From the NCBI GenBank assembly GCA_002245135.1, contig NGBS01000007.1:186001-239482 (forward strand): 53,482 nt of DNA, in the 5' to 3' direction. The translations under genes and the position numbers were made by a program. This stretch comes from Proteromonas lacertae. Lineage: Eukaryota. Below, one piece after another: positions 1-12,213 of the stretch; within the stretch, counting starts at the first letter, position 1, and every line of letters starts with the position of its first letter. Under the pieces are notes generated by a model. That model saw only the letters and a program-made list of their open reading frames with translations, was not told where the DNA came from and did no database searches.

Positions 1-3000
1 ATGTTCCAATTCTTGCTCTTGTAATAGTTTAGGTAAAGGTTGATTAAATATATCATAAATAGAAGGAAGTTTGAAATATTTTTTATCTGGTAAAGTTTCT
101 GGAGTATCTGCTGATTTAGGATGTTTATTCAAAGCTTTTGCTTTATCAGGAACTCTTAAAGACCTTCCTCTTAGAAATGAAATGCCTTGTAATGGTGGTA
201 ATTTAGAAGGATGATAATATTGAGATTGTTGTTGTTGATTTACATCACCAAGTGATAAATCTATTGAAGATATTGGATGAAATGATATTCTTCCATGTCC
301 AAGTCTTGGAGATATGAAATTACCTCCATTATTACCCATTAGATCAGACTGTGGAGGATGAGGTTGTTTTTGTAAAGGTGGTTGAGGATTGAGTTTGGAT
401 GTTAATAATACTTTATTGATAAATAATTCCCATTCGTTTACTTTCTCTTTTTCTGATAAGTGTAGTTTTGCTCTTGCTGATCTTATCCTTACATGATGAT
501 TCTTTGTTGGTGAAACATTTTCATCAAGTGGTTTTGATTTAAAAACAATCATACTCTTTGCTCTTCTATATTCATCAAGTGTAGATGGTGAATTTCTATT
601 ATTATTTCCATTTCCATTAATATTTAAACCATTCAAATTGGAATTGGCTCTTGAAAAGGATGATGGAATATAACTCTTTCTTTTTCCTTTAGGTTTAAAT
701 GCGAATAACTGTTGTAATGCTGTTAATATCTCCTCTTCATGCTCATCTATCAATTCACCTTGTGCATTATATTTCCTTATCAATTTTCTATTCTCTGATA
801 TTTGAATTTCTTCAATTCTATTACCATCTTTATCATATTTAGTGATTTTAACTCTTTCAAAAATATTACCACCATTATTTCCATCACTGTTGTTTATTCC
901 ATCAACATCAATTTCAATATCATATTCATCTATTATTTTACCATTATCATCATATTTCACAATGTGTTTCTTTAAATCACTAATATTATGTTCTTCTGTA
1001 ACAATACCTAAATCATTATCAGTTCTAAATATCTTAAAAGTACCATCAGGTTCATCTTCAATTTCATATTCATCTTGAATATGTCCAGCTGCATTTAACT
1101 TTAATATTTTTCTTCTACCATTTTCTAATAACATATCTTGAATTAATGTACCTGTTTCATTGTCTTTGTGCATTCTTGCTTTCTGAATATTGTATTCTTC
1201 AATAAGTGAACCAACTTTATTATATTTCATCATATGGAACAATCTTCCATCCATCATGAACAATTCTATTCTATTACCTCTTTTATCCACTCTAGTTATT
1301 CTCCGAGTCTTATTATCTGGCATTAATTCACTTAAATATTCATCAACTATCTTATTTTGTTTATCAAAGTAGAATATTTTCTTTATTCTGGGATCTATTG
1401 TATATTCTTCTAATCTACATCCATTTTTACTGTATATTATTGTTTTATCTCTTGATTCTATTGCTGATAAAAATTTACCTTTTGAATTGAATCTGTTTAT
1501 TGTGAAATTACCTTTTCCATGCATTATAAATTCAAACTTATTCCCTTCAACATCATATCTCAATATTTTCTTTGATTTATCTTTAGTTTTTTCAACTACA
1601 TAATCATCCACCATATTCCCATTTTTATCAAATATTAACACTCTTTTATGTGTTTCATCCAATGTATAAGTATGTATTCTATGCCCATCATTATCATATT
1701 TAATTACACCTTTTTCACCAATAAATTCATCCAATATTTTACCATCTTTATCATATCTAACAATCTTATATCTATCATCAGCATAATGTGTAATTTCGGT
1801 TTTAATTCCATTAGCATCAGTTCTAATTATTCTATCTTGATGATGTGGTAATGTTTCATATTCATATTGATCTACAATATATCCTTCAGGATCATATATA
1901 ATCACTTTCTTCTTTGATGGATTTATAATATACTCTTCCTTTCTAAAGTTCTTGTTACTCATTTCTACTACTCGATCTTGAGCAATAAAATCATCAATTA
2001 ATACATCGTTCTTATCATATCTTTGAATATGTCTACTTCCATCATTTAATACTGTTTCTATTGTTTTATTCCCATCTCTATCAACTCTGATTATCTTCTT
2101 TTCACTTTTATCTGTAGTATCTACTTCATAATCATCGACTAATCTCCCTCGTTTATCATACACTAATACTCTCTTATGATCATCATCAATATCAAATTCT
2201 TCTTTTTTAGCACCATCTTCATGATAATCTACTTTTTTACTTCTTGCTGAGAATTGATCATAAACATAACCACTTCTATCTGTTCTACAAACATCTATTT
2301 GACCATCTTCATTGATAACTTCTTGATTCATATTTCCATTCAAATCTAATCGAGTTATTTTATCTTTTCCATCTTCTGTTTTTTCTATTGTATAATCATC
2401 TAATTTTGTCCCATTTCTATTATGTAATATGATTTTGGTTTTCCTATCATCTACATTGTACTCTTCTAACTTTGTTCCATCTTCTTTATACCTTGTTGAT
2501 TTCTTACCAGCTGTGAATGTATCTATTACTTTACCATTCTCATCATATTGTGTAAATTCTTTCAAACCATTTTCTAAATCTAATTCCTTCATTATTGTTC
2601 CATCTTTTTGCTTTTTATATAAACAATTCTCTGGATTTTCAGTTGGTATATTTAGAGGAGGAATAACAGGTTTTTTATTCTTATTATCATCATCATTATT
2701 ACTACGAGGTGTATTAATAGGCGAAACTGGAATATTGGATATATTTTTAGCAACAACTGCTGGTGTTTGAATTGATTCATTAATGTTATAATTATTATTA
2801 TTTAATGGAGTTGACATTTCCTTTTCTTCTTCTTCTTCTTCTTTTACTGATTTTATTCTATCTTCTTGATTGGATTCTTCTTCTTCTTCTTCTTTTCTTT
2901 CATTATCTCTATTACTTAATGGTGTTTTTCTACCTGATTTATTCACTGTTATTGGAGTTTTTTCAATATGATTAAGTGATGATAATCTCTTGATTGGTGT

Positions 3001-5343
3001 AGTTTCTATATTATTTTCTTTAGATTCATTAATAAAATTATATTCAGATTCCCTCTTGTCATTATTCATATCATTATTATTCTCATTCTCTTTTTTCTTT
3101 TCTTCTTCTTCTTTTTCTTCTACTACTTTCTCTTCTTCTTCTTCTTCATCATCATCATCATCGCTATTATATTCATATATCGATTGTACAATTTGTGGAT
3201 TTGGTGCTCCTGGTAATTCAATAATATAATCATCAACATAATTACCATTTTCATCAAATATATATATTTTCTTATGATATTCATCTAATTCATATTCTAT
3301 TGCTTTTGAACCATCATCTTTATACTTTTCTATTTTATTATTACATATGAATTCATCTCGTTTTACACCTTCTTTATCATATCTTATTATCTTTATTGTA
3401 CCATCTGTTAATTTGATTTCTTCTATTTTAACACCATCATTTCCTACTCTGATAATCTTTTCAGTTCCATCTTTTAACTTCTCAATAATATATTCATCTA
3501 TTTTATTTCCATCTTTATCTAATCGTGTGATTTTCTTTTTATATTTACTCAAATACTCAGCTATTAATTGATCTAAGATATTACCATCACTATCTTTTGT
3601 AATTATCTGCTCTTTATGTCCATTTTCTAAAGTGGTTATTTCAATAATTTGTCCGTTTTTCTCTATTACTTTTGTATTACAAACAGTTTTATCTTCAGGT
3701 AATTCAACGAATTTCTTTCTAATAACAGACGATCTTCTATGTACAAATGATTTACTATTTCTACTTGAATTAATCAGTTGAGATTTTCTATCTTTACCAT
3801 GTAATTTACTCTTCTTTCTTTTCTTATCTTTTTTATTTCCATTTTCATCATTATCACTATCACTATTACTGCTACTTCCTTCACTACCTGAACCATCAAC
3901 TATTAGATTACCATTTTCATCTCTTTTCTGTTTATGATGGTGGTGGTTCTTACCATTGTGTTTCTTATTCTTTCCTTTACTTTTCCTTTTTAATCTTCCC
4001 AATCCTATTTAAATACAATAATAATAATCAATATATATATTATACTTTCTAAGTAATTGATTTCATGAGCTGGTGTTCCTTGATCTATTTGATCTAAATC
4101 ATCCATTTCATTAGGTGTTAATGCATTATCAATACCTCCCAATTCAACATCTTTATCATCTGCAAACTTATCATACTCTTTATCAATATATAATGTCAAT
4201 TGTTCTGGATTGTTGTGTAAATCACTATAATAATATTATTAAATAATTACATATATATATATATATACTCTATTACAGCATTAACTTGTTGTAACATCTC
4301 TTTACCATTCATTCCTTTAATTCTCTTAAATTTATCTAAAGATATATTTCTCTTCATTCCACCAACTGGGGTTTGGCTTTTTGAACCATCATTCACTGTA
4401 CCAGGTCTCTATTTAAATAATAATAATAATAATAATAATATATATATATATATATAATAATACACTAGGTGTATTTGCTTGAGGTATATCTACTGTATTA
4501 TTTGAACCATCATCTACAATACTTGTGTCTAAATATTCATTCTTTATTTGTTCAAGAAGTTCTTCACCACCATCTTGTATTTCACCTAAAGTTAAACCGT
4601 CTGTTGTTTCTTCAACTATTTCTCGGATTAATCCCAATTTTTCTAATAAAGAGATAGGTAATCTACGAATAATTTCATCTGTTAAATTCTATATTGAATA
4701 AGAAACAAATTCTTTATACACATTTTTTCCATGGTGTAATATAACAGATTGTTCCATCAGAATATTTAATAATCTTTACAGTTATTCTGTTATATAATTT
4801 AATTGCAAATTCATAATATTCTAATATATCAATACTAGTTGTCCAATAATCTATTAATTCAAATATTGCATCGTAAAACCTTTCCCTTGTCAAATTATCA
4901 AATCCTTTACAATCAGAAAACCAATCTTCTTCTATTTGTTCTGTGATACTAGTTAAATCCCAGACTTTGTCTGTTCGTAATAACTTACAAACCTTTCTCA
5001 TCTAATTTAGTATTATTACAAATTAGTAAAATATACAAAATCCATATATTGCTCTTTACTCATGCAACCATCTTCTGATGATTGCATAGCTATTTTCCAG
5101 AATTTCAACACGTAATTCATCATTGCTGTGTCTTCTTTTATAAACTCCCTTTCATCAATGGCATCTTGGTTATTAAATTTTGGATTACCCTAAAATATAT
5201 TTCAAAAAGTATACTTGTTGGTAATAAGGTACATCTGACTCTTGTGTTTCAAAATCGAATAACATATTACTAGGAACATCTCTTCGAGGAGATGGATCCA
5301 TGAATATTTCTACTTCATCTACAACATCATCATCAGTTGACAT
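1..5343 (-). CDS. Large uncharacterised protein: N-terminal EF-hand-like domain, then long beta-hairpin (YD-like) repeat blocks and a Ser/Pro-rich tail; 3' end lies beyond the window
   Basis: ATG at 5343 (MSTDDDVVDEV...). Six GT-AG introns (first is 25 nt, 5190-5214) join QQGNPKF...FWKIAMQSSEDGCMSKEQYMDF|MRKVCK...EEDWFSDCKGFDNLTRERFYDAIFELIDYWT. The last exon (~4000 to 1) is in the same frame at both ends and has no stop where read. Repeated YDxxG/xDxDG turns. Confidence 0.8.
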
Positions 5344-5428
5344 ATTTAAATTAAATTTTAAAAAACAGAAACTGGTGTTTCAAAAATAATTTTCAATAAC
5401 CAATTAAATTAAAAATCACAACAGACAT

Positions 5429-8400
5429 ATGAATAATTTTGTATAAACCACCTGATTTCTGACATTTTTATAGGATAAAATCAAATATTTACAGTCTGAG
5501 GCAAAAGGGATCAATGTAAGATCAAAACAAAAGTTACAAATTAACTGTAATCCTAATAATCAGACCAATTCATCCGCTAATTCACACGTATACATATTAG
5601 TTTATTTTATTTTACCAGAATATGAAGTTAGTTCCTCAATATAGCAGACAAGGAGGTGAATATGCTGATTATTTCAAGAATACCACATCTAATAATAATG
5701 TATAGAATAATCATATTTCTAACTTTTTATAGAATCAAAATAGATCCAATTTTCCACAGAAGAATAAATCTTCTTCACAACCAACAACTCCAACTTCTAA
5801 GATGAGCAGTGAAATAAATTATGAGCTAACTAGACCAGAAATGAACAAAAATAGATCTACTTCTACAGCAATTAATAATCGTCCTCAATCAGCTTCCTCT
5901 GTATTATCTCCAAATGGAAGATCAAATTCCAACTTAAAATTGCACAAATTATTCACAGCTGAAGATAGACCTATTTTTTCAAATTCCAATGAAAATTCAC
6001 CTTTAAAACCATTAGATAAACCTGAAATAAAACCTGTAATAGAACCTACAGTTAAACATATAGTTAAACCGCCAGATCAAGTAAAAGAAGAATATAAACA
6101 ACCACTTAAAGCTTCTCAGCCTTCTCCATCTAAGACTCCATCTAAAACTCCATCCAAAAAACCACTATTTATAATAACAGCACCAAAAACAAATAGAACC
6201 AATAAATCTGCACCATCTGTAGGGGTATTATCACCAACTACAACTCATACAACGACAACATTAATACCAAAATCAACAAAATTCAAGACAATGTCAGCTG
6301 AAAATGCTTTGAAAATCAATGAAGAATTGGTAAAGAATTATGAGAATAAAATGAGTAAGGATAGACCAAAAATGAATTCTACAGTAAGATCTTCATCAGC
6401 TCCAATTACAAAACAATCATCACCATTAAAGAAGAAGAAAATAACAACAACAACAACAACAAATAATAATATCAGTAAAGTAAATGAAACTAAATCAGTT
6501 ACATCATCCGTATCAACGACAATTTCCATCTATTCAGCTAAAGGAAACAGTAATAAGAAAGATGCATTTAATAGATTATATACAGTAAAGAATATGGAAA
6601 CAATCAATGAATTAAAGAAGAAATATGAAGATGAATTGATGAGACCTGAAAAGAAGTTAACAAGAGTATATAATATATTATTAATTATTTTATTATTTTA
6701 TTAGTCTCAATCTGCCAATGTAAGATCTAGATTGTATGATATTAAACATGTATATATATAGATATATAATATTATTATTATTATTTTAATAGTATCAAGA
6801 ACCAGAATTATCAAGTGAATATACATTCAAACCAAAGATATCAGAGAGTTCAAAAGCTTATAAATTACCACAAAAGAAGTTTATTGAGAAAATATCACAA
6901 TCAAAGAAAGTCAATGAAGAATTAATACTGAAACAGAAAGAAAAAGAAGCAAAGAAACTATCTACATCAATCAAAATGAGCCAAAGATCTGTGGAAATGA
7001 TAAAAATGGTATTTATTCTTATGTTTTATATTTTATAGAGACTATTTCGTGAGAAATTAAAGGAGAAATTAGTTAAAAGAATATTACCTTATATGTTAAT
7101 AAGATTAAGAAAACATGTAAATGCAGTAATCAAGATTCAATATTATATTCGAAGATATTTTAAAGTAGTAAAACCAGAGAGAATAAGAAGGAAAAACGAA
7201 GAAATCAAGGAAAGAAAATTAGCTGAAAAAGAGGCTGAAGCAAGACAATTATACTTTAATAATATATATTCAACAAAGATACAACAATGGTATAGGAAAT
7301 ATATAGTAATGCGAAGAGAAAAGAAATACAATTCAATGATGAAAATTAGAAAATTATACTTTAGATATAAATTAAGAAAAGTTCTAAAAATGTATTTACA
7401 TATTACAAAATTACAACGATTAATAAGAGAAACAATATTACCAACAATCCATAAAAGGAAAGAACCAAAAATCAATTATTTGAAAGATAGATTATTAGAT
7501 TTAGTATATGGTTATAGAGCAAGAAAAGCATTTGTTAGGATGTTGGTATTACAGAGATATTATGGTAGATTTATCAGGAAGAGTTATTATAAAAGATTTA
7601 AGAAATATGTTGTATATATATTGTTTATTATTTATGTATAATATATAGTCACAAATTGATATTATTCAAGCAGATGGCCAAAGAATAATAAAGAAAAAAG
7701 AAGCAATTTTAGCAGCAGATAATGCAAGAATTAAGAAAGAAATGGTAGTAAGAATAAGTTCAAAGAGTAGATCATTAAGTGCAAGATCAAGGAAAGAACG
7801 AGGAAATATGTCGACAATTGATGCATTATATACATCTAAACAACAGAGAAGTAATTCAGCTAATAAAAGAATAGTAAGTTATGAAGAAATACCCACTTTC
7901 AAACCAAAAATTAACAATAGTTCCAATAATAGATCCGTTTCTGTTACTAAGAAATCATTTTTACAGAGATTGACTGAAGATCAGAATGTAAGAAAAGAAA
8001 AACAAAGAAATTTGACTTTAGAAATGGAAAGATTGAGGAAATCTAGAGAAACACATAAACCTGAGATTATTCATGATGAAAAGATGTTACAAAAGCGATC
8101 ATATTCTGGTTTTATTGGATTATATGATATTAGTAAGAAATATAATCAAAATCATGAAGAAGCTGTAAAGAAAAAGAATGATAAAGAGTTAGAAGAATGT
8201 ACTTTTAGTCCAAAAATAGATAAGAAATCAATAGAAGCAGCTAGTGATAGAGGATATATGACTCCTTATGAAAGATTATTTAAATTACAAGTATATTTAT
8301 ATATTAATATAATATATAATAGTATCAAGAACCAAGAGTTACAGCATATGATCCAAATTTGAAGCATTTGACATTCAAGCCAGATTTGACTGTATATTGT

Positions 8401-9873
8401 TTAATATTTATTGTTATAAATATAGTTGACAAAAGAGGAGAATGCTAATGTTGATTGTAAAGTATATCAACCAGTGAATAAATTAAATGTTGATTTCTAC
8501 ACTTATGGTTCAAATACACTTCGAAGAAAACCGTCCAATACAAACAGCAATAATAAAACAGTAAAGAGAAGTAAATCAACTCAGCCATCCAAGAGAAAAC
8601 CATCCTACCAAAGCCAGTGAAAAGAAGTGTTTCACAACCTAAAAATATGGGAAGTAGTAATAGTGGTAGAAAGTTGTCTTATAATAATAATAAAACATCA
8701 ACAAGAAGTGCTTCAAGACCAAAAGTAAGACAAGATACAAGAATTAAGAGTAAAAATAGTATTGATGATTCAGTAAAAGCTAATTTACAAGAACAAGTAG
8801 AAGAATTACAGCAACAACAAGAAGAAGAAATGGAAGAGGAAGAACAACCACAAGAGGTAGAAGAAGAAGAAGAAGAAGAAGAAGAATTACAACCTGAAAT
8901 AGAAGAACCAATTGAAGAAACAGTTAATCAATCTCAAGAATTAGTAGAAGAAGAATCACAACAAGCTAATGAAGAACAACAACCTATGGAAGAATATCCA
9001 ATTGAACAACCAGTTGATGAAAAACCAGAATTACAATCAGTTCAACAACAAGTAGAAATACCACAAGAAGAACCTGTTGAAGAAGAACCAGTAGAACAAC
9101 ATTCAACACAAGAAGCTGGAGAAGAAAAACCACAACAATCTATTGAACAAACACAACAAGTAGAAACACCAGAAAAGCCGATTTTACAACCTGTATTACA
9201 GCCAGTTGAGGAGAAACCTCAAGAACAACAACAACCAATTGAAGAAAAACCAGTAGAAGAACAACCCATAGATATTCCAAAGCCTAAGCCAAGAAGAACA
9301 GCTAAATTCAAATGGAGTCCAAGACCAGGAGATGAAAATAAAACACAAACTGATCCACTACCCTTACAAAACCAACAAATTGATGTAAATAGTACAGTAA
9401 TATATCATCCACCAACTGAAGAATCAAATTCTCCACTACCTCCTCATTCTCCTTCTAGAAACATAACTATTGATACAGAACAATCTGATGAATCTCTAGA
9501 TGATAGAACTAAACAAGCAATTGAAAGAATTAATCAAGATCTATCATTACAACCAGTAGAAGAGAATGATAGAAAAGAATCTATTTCTAATTCAAGTTTA
9601 GAAAGATCAACATCTAGAGGTTCGAGGTTAGATGAAATATTAAAGAAATACAGAATAGATCAAGGAGTTCATACTCCTAATTCAACAAAGTCAAATAATG
9701 AACATTTCTTTCAAGATATTCCTCCACCAACAGAAACTCAACAACAAACACAAGAAGTAAATGAACAGACAAGAGTTGTTTCTAATTCATCATTAAAACC
9801 TATTAGAAGTGATATTACTGATGAAGAAAACGGAGTTGTTGTAGATGAAGAAAAACCTGATGAAAGTAATTAA
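5429..9873 (+). CDS. IQ-motif protein with TFxPKI/RLY repeats and a Glu/Gln/Pro-rich low-complexity C-terminus (cytoskeletal/calmodulin-binding candidate)
   Basis: ATG 5429. Introns 5441-5473, 5588-5618, 5700-5732 and six more GT-AG introns join the listed ORFs in frame. IQ-like motifs IQYYIRRY, IQQWYRKY, LQRLIR, LQRYYGR; repeats YTFKPKI, PTFKPKI, CTFSPKI, LTFKPDL. One apparent -1 frameshift near 8610. Confidence 0.75.
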
Positions 9874-9945
9874 AATTCTTTTAGTTTTTAGATTTTATAT
9901 TTATTTTGTTCTTTCAATATCTTCAATTTCGAAAAACAACAGCTC

Positions 9946-12021
9946 TTAATTCTTTCTATCAGCTAAATATATTGGTGTTATAATATTTCTATGTAGAAAT
10001 GTAAAATCATTTTCATTTTCTTTTCTGTAACCAATTTCTTTTTTATCTAAATCAAATAGAATAATTACATTATCATTATTCTCTTCACAAATATTATATT
10101 GTTTATTATAATTATCTCTACCACGGTAATATCTTTCATCTTTATTTTCTCTTGTTGTACATGAGAATATTGACATATATTTACCACAATTGCATTTGAT
10201 TTCATAAATTCCTTCTTTAAAACATTTATTAAACACAAAATAACCATCTGAAATAGATCCATTGTTCATAAATTCTACTTTATGATAATTTGAATTATAA
10301 TATATATTACTATTTGATTTATATCCTTCACCAATATCAATCACTTCTATTGATATTTCTCTCGATATTGATCCTCTTTCATTTTTACATTTTACAGTAA
10401 AATTACCATTTACAGTTCCATTAACTGTCAAATCTCCTGTATATTTATCACATACTATATTTGAATAACTGGATATAGAAAATTCACATTTCTCTCCTAT
10501 AAATTCACTCTTTATAATTAATGGTAAATGAAATACAGATGTATAATATTTATCTTTTGCATATCTAAAATATGAATAAACCATATCATTCGTTGAGATA
10601 TTCTGTTGATTTTGATTTCTTGATTTGTAATAGGCGAATAATCCATAACATAATGAATTATATTTTGGAAGAAACTGATAAAAATTGATAAATATATTAT
10701 CATCTTCACATTCATATTTTACCAATGGAATATAATCAACTATGAAATAAACTGTAAAGAAATTCTATTATACAATTATTACAGAATAAAAGTAAAATCT
10801 TAATTATTAAGTCTTTCTTAATCTGCAGTTTATTTATTTCATTTTGTTTTTCTTCATTTTCATTTACATTTTCATCATCATCATCTTTTCCTTCTTTTTC
10901 TTCATCATCTTCTTCTATAGAACTATTATTCTTTTTATCTTCTTGTAGTGTTTTGAACCTTTCCTGAATAAATTTATATTCTGATGACAAATAATTCAGA
11001 ATCTGATGATAAATGAATTTCACTATTTATAAGAAATTATTTATATATTTATACATTCAACAGAATATTCCAATTTAAAATCATTGATTAAATCCACTGT
11101 ATTACTTAGTGTTGATACTGTTTTGCTATTAAATAACTGAGGAAGTAAAGATTGTAAATTTAATAAACTCAATTGATAGAGATAATCTCTTTCTTCTCCT
11201 ATTAATCTGTTATTTGTTTCGTTTTTTAAACAATACAAGTAAAACCATTTATTGAATATTTCATTATTGGTTGGTTCAGAATCTATATATAACCTATTTA
11301 TACTTTCATTTTCTTTTAATTCTTCTATTCCATTCTCTTTTAATATTTCTTTTAACTCTTTCTCTTCTAATTCATCTTTCTTTATATCTTTATACAGCTT
11401 TATAATATCATTCTTGTTTTCCCTATCATTTTCTATCTTCTGCAATTGATGGAACAAGTAATTTTCACTTTTTATTACAAAATTATTCATAGATAATATG
11501 ACTGTCAGTAATTCTATATTATTATCATTCAAATTTTCATCTTTAATTAACTCATATCCATATATACTTAAATAATCACTTAATTCCAATTTTATTTCTT
11601 TTAATGGTTCATAATTATTTATTGGAATTTCATTAAAGATTCTTTGGATTAGTTTTATACTGCAATTCTTCATTATGTACTTTTTACACTCTTCTAATAG
11701 TTTCAACTCATTATAACATATACAAACCATTAATATATCAACACAATTATTCTCATCCATATTCAAATTACCATAACCATAGTAATTAAGCAAGTTAGTA
11801 AAACCAACTACACTAACTTTATCTAAACTTATTTTATTTTCTCTTTTTTCATCTTCTATCATATTCTTCAACACTACATTCTTTTCCTTCAGAAACAAAG
11901 ATACACTGCTAATCTCTTCTCCTTCAACCACAAATACCACATCATTATATCCCTTATTACTATAGTAATTAATAATTCCTTCTTTAGGAATGGGAATGTT
12001 GATGGAACAGCTATTTGACAT
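9946..12021 (-). CDS. BTB/POZ-BACK protein with a C-terminal Ig-like segment and SPRY-like region
   Basis: N-terminal YNDVVFVVEGEEI...LKNM...FTNLLNYYGYGNLNMDENNCVDIL is a BTB pattern. A 32-nt intron (11023-11054) and a 34-nt intron near 10741-10774 join the three ORFs in frame; TAA at 9946. Confidence 0.8.
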
Positions 12022-12213
12022 TAAGTGTGAAAAATACAGATGAAAAATGTATTAAAAGTGTATTTATGTGTATTTTATTTCTAATCATCAAAATCATCAT
12101 AATTTATACATTTGTAATACATATTAGTTTTTTATATAAAATACTTATAGAAAATTTAATTTTTATAAGAAACTATATTTATTTACGATAAGTTATATAT
12201 TATCAAATTACAG

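Noticed and set aside
842..3571. Plus-strand Ser/Leu/Phe-rich ORFs, and similar short antisense ORFs throughout the track
   Set aside because: They are antisense shadows of Glu/Lys/Asp-rich coding sequence on the opposite strand and have no motifs of their own.
8600..8625. Possible gene boundary or overlapping stop/start (GTGA) between ORFs 8426-8620 and 8617-9873
   Set aside because: Eukaryotic context; the KRSxSxQP repeat continues across the break, and one missing A in CAAAGCC restores a single frame.
9930..9948. Blastocystis-style polyadenylation-completed stop codons (TGTTTGTT element)
   Set aside because: TGTT-rich tracts follow some stops (TAA gagc TGTTGTTT here; TAG aat TGTTTATT at ~36813), but every complete gene has a genomic stop at a plausible position, so the mechanism is not required. 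3'-end sequencing would be needed.
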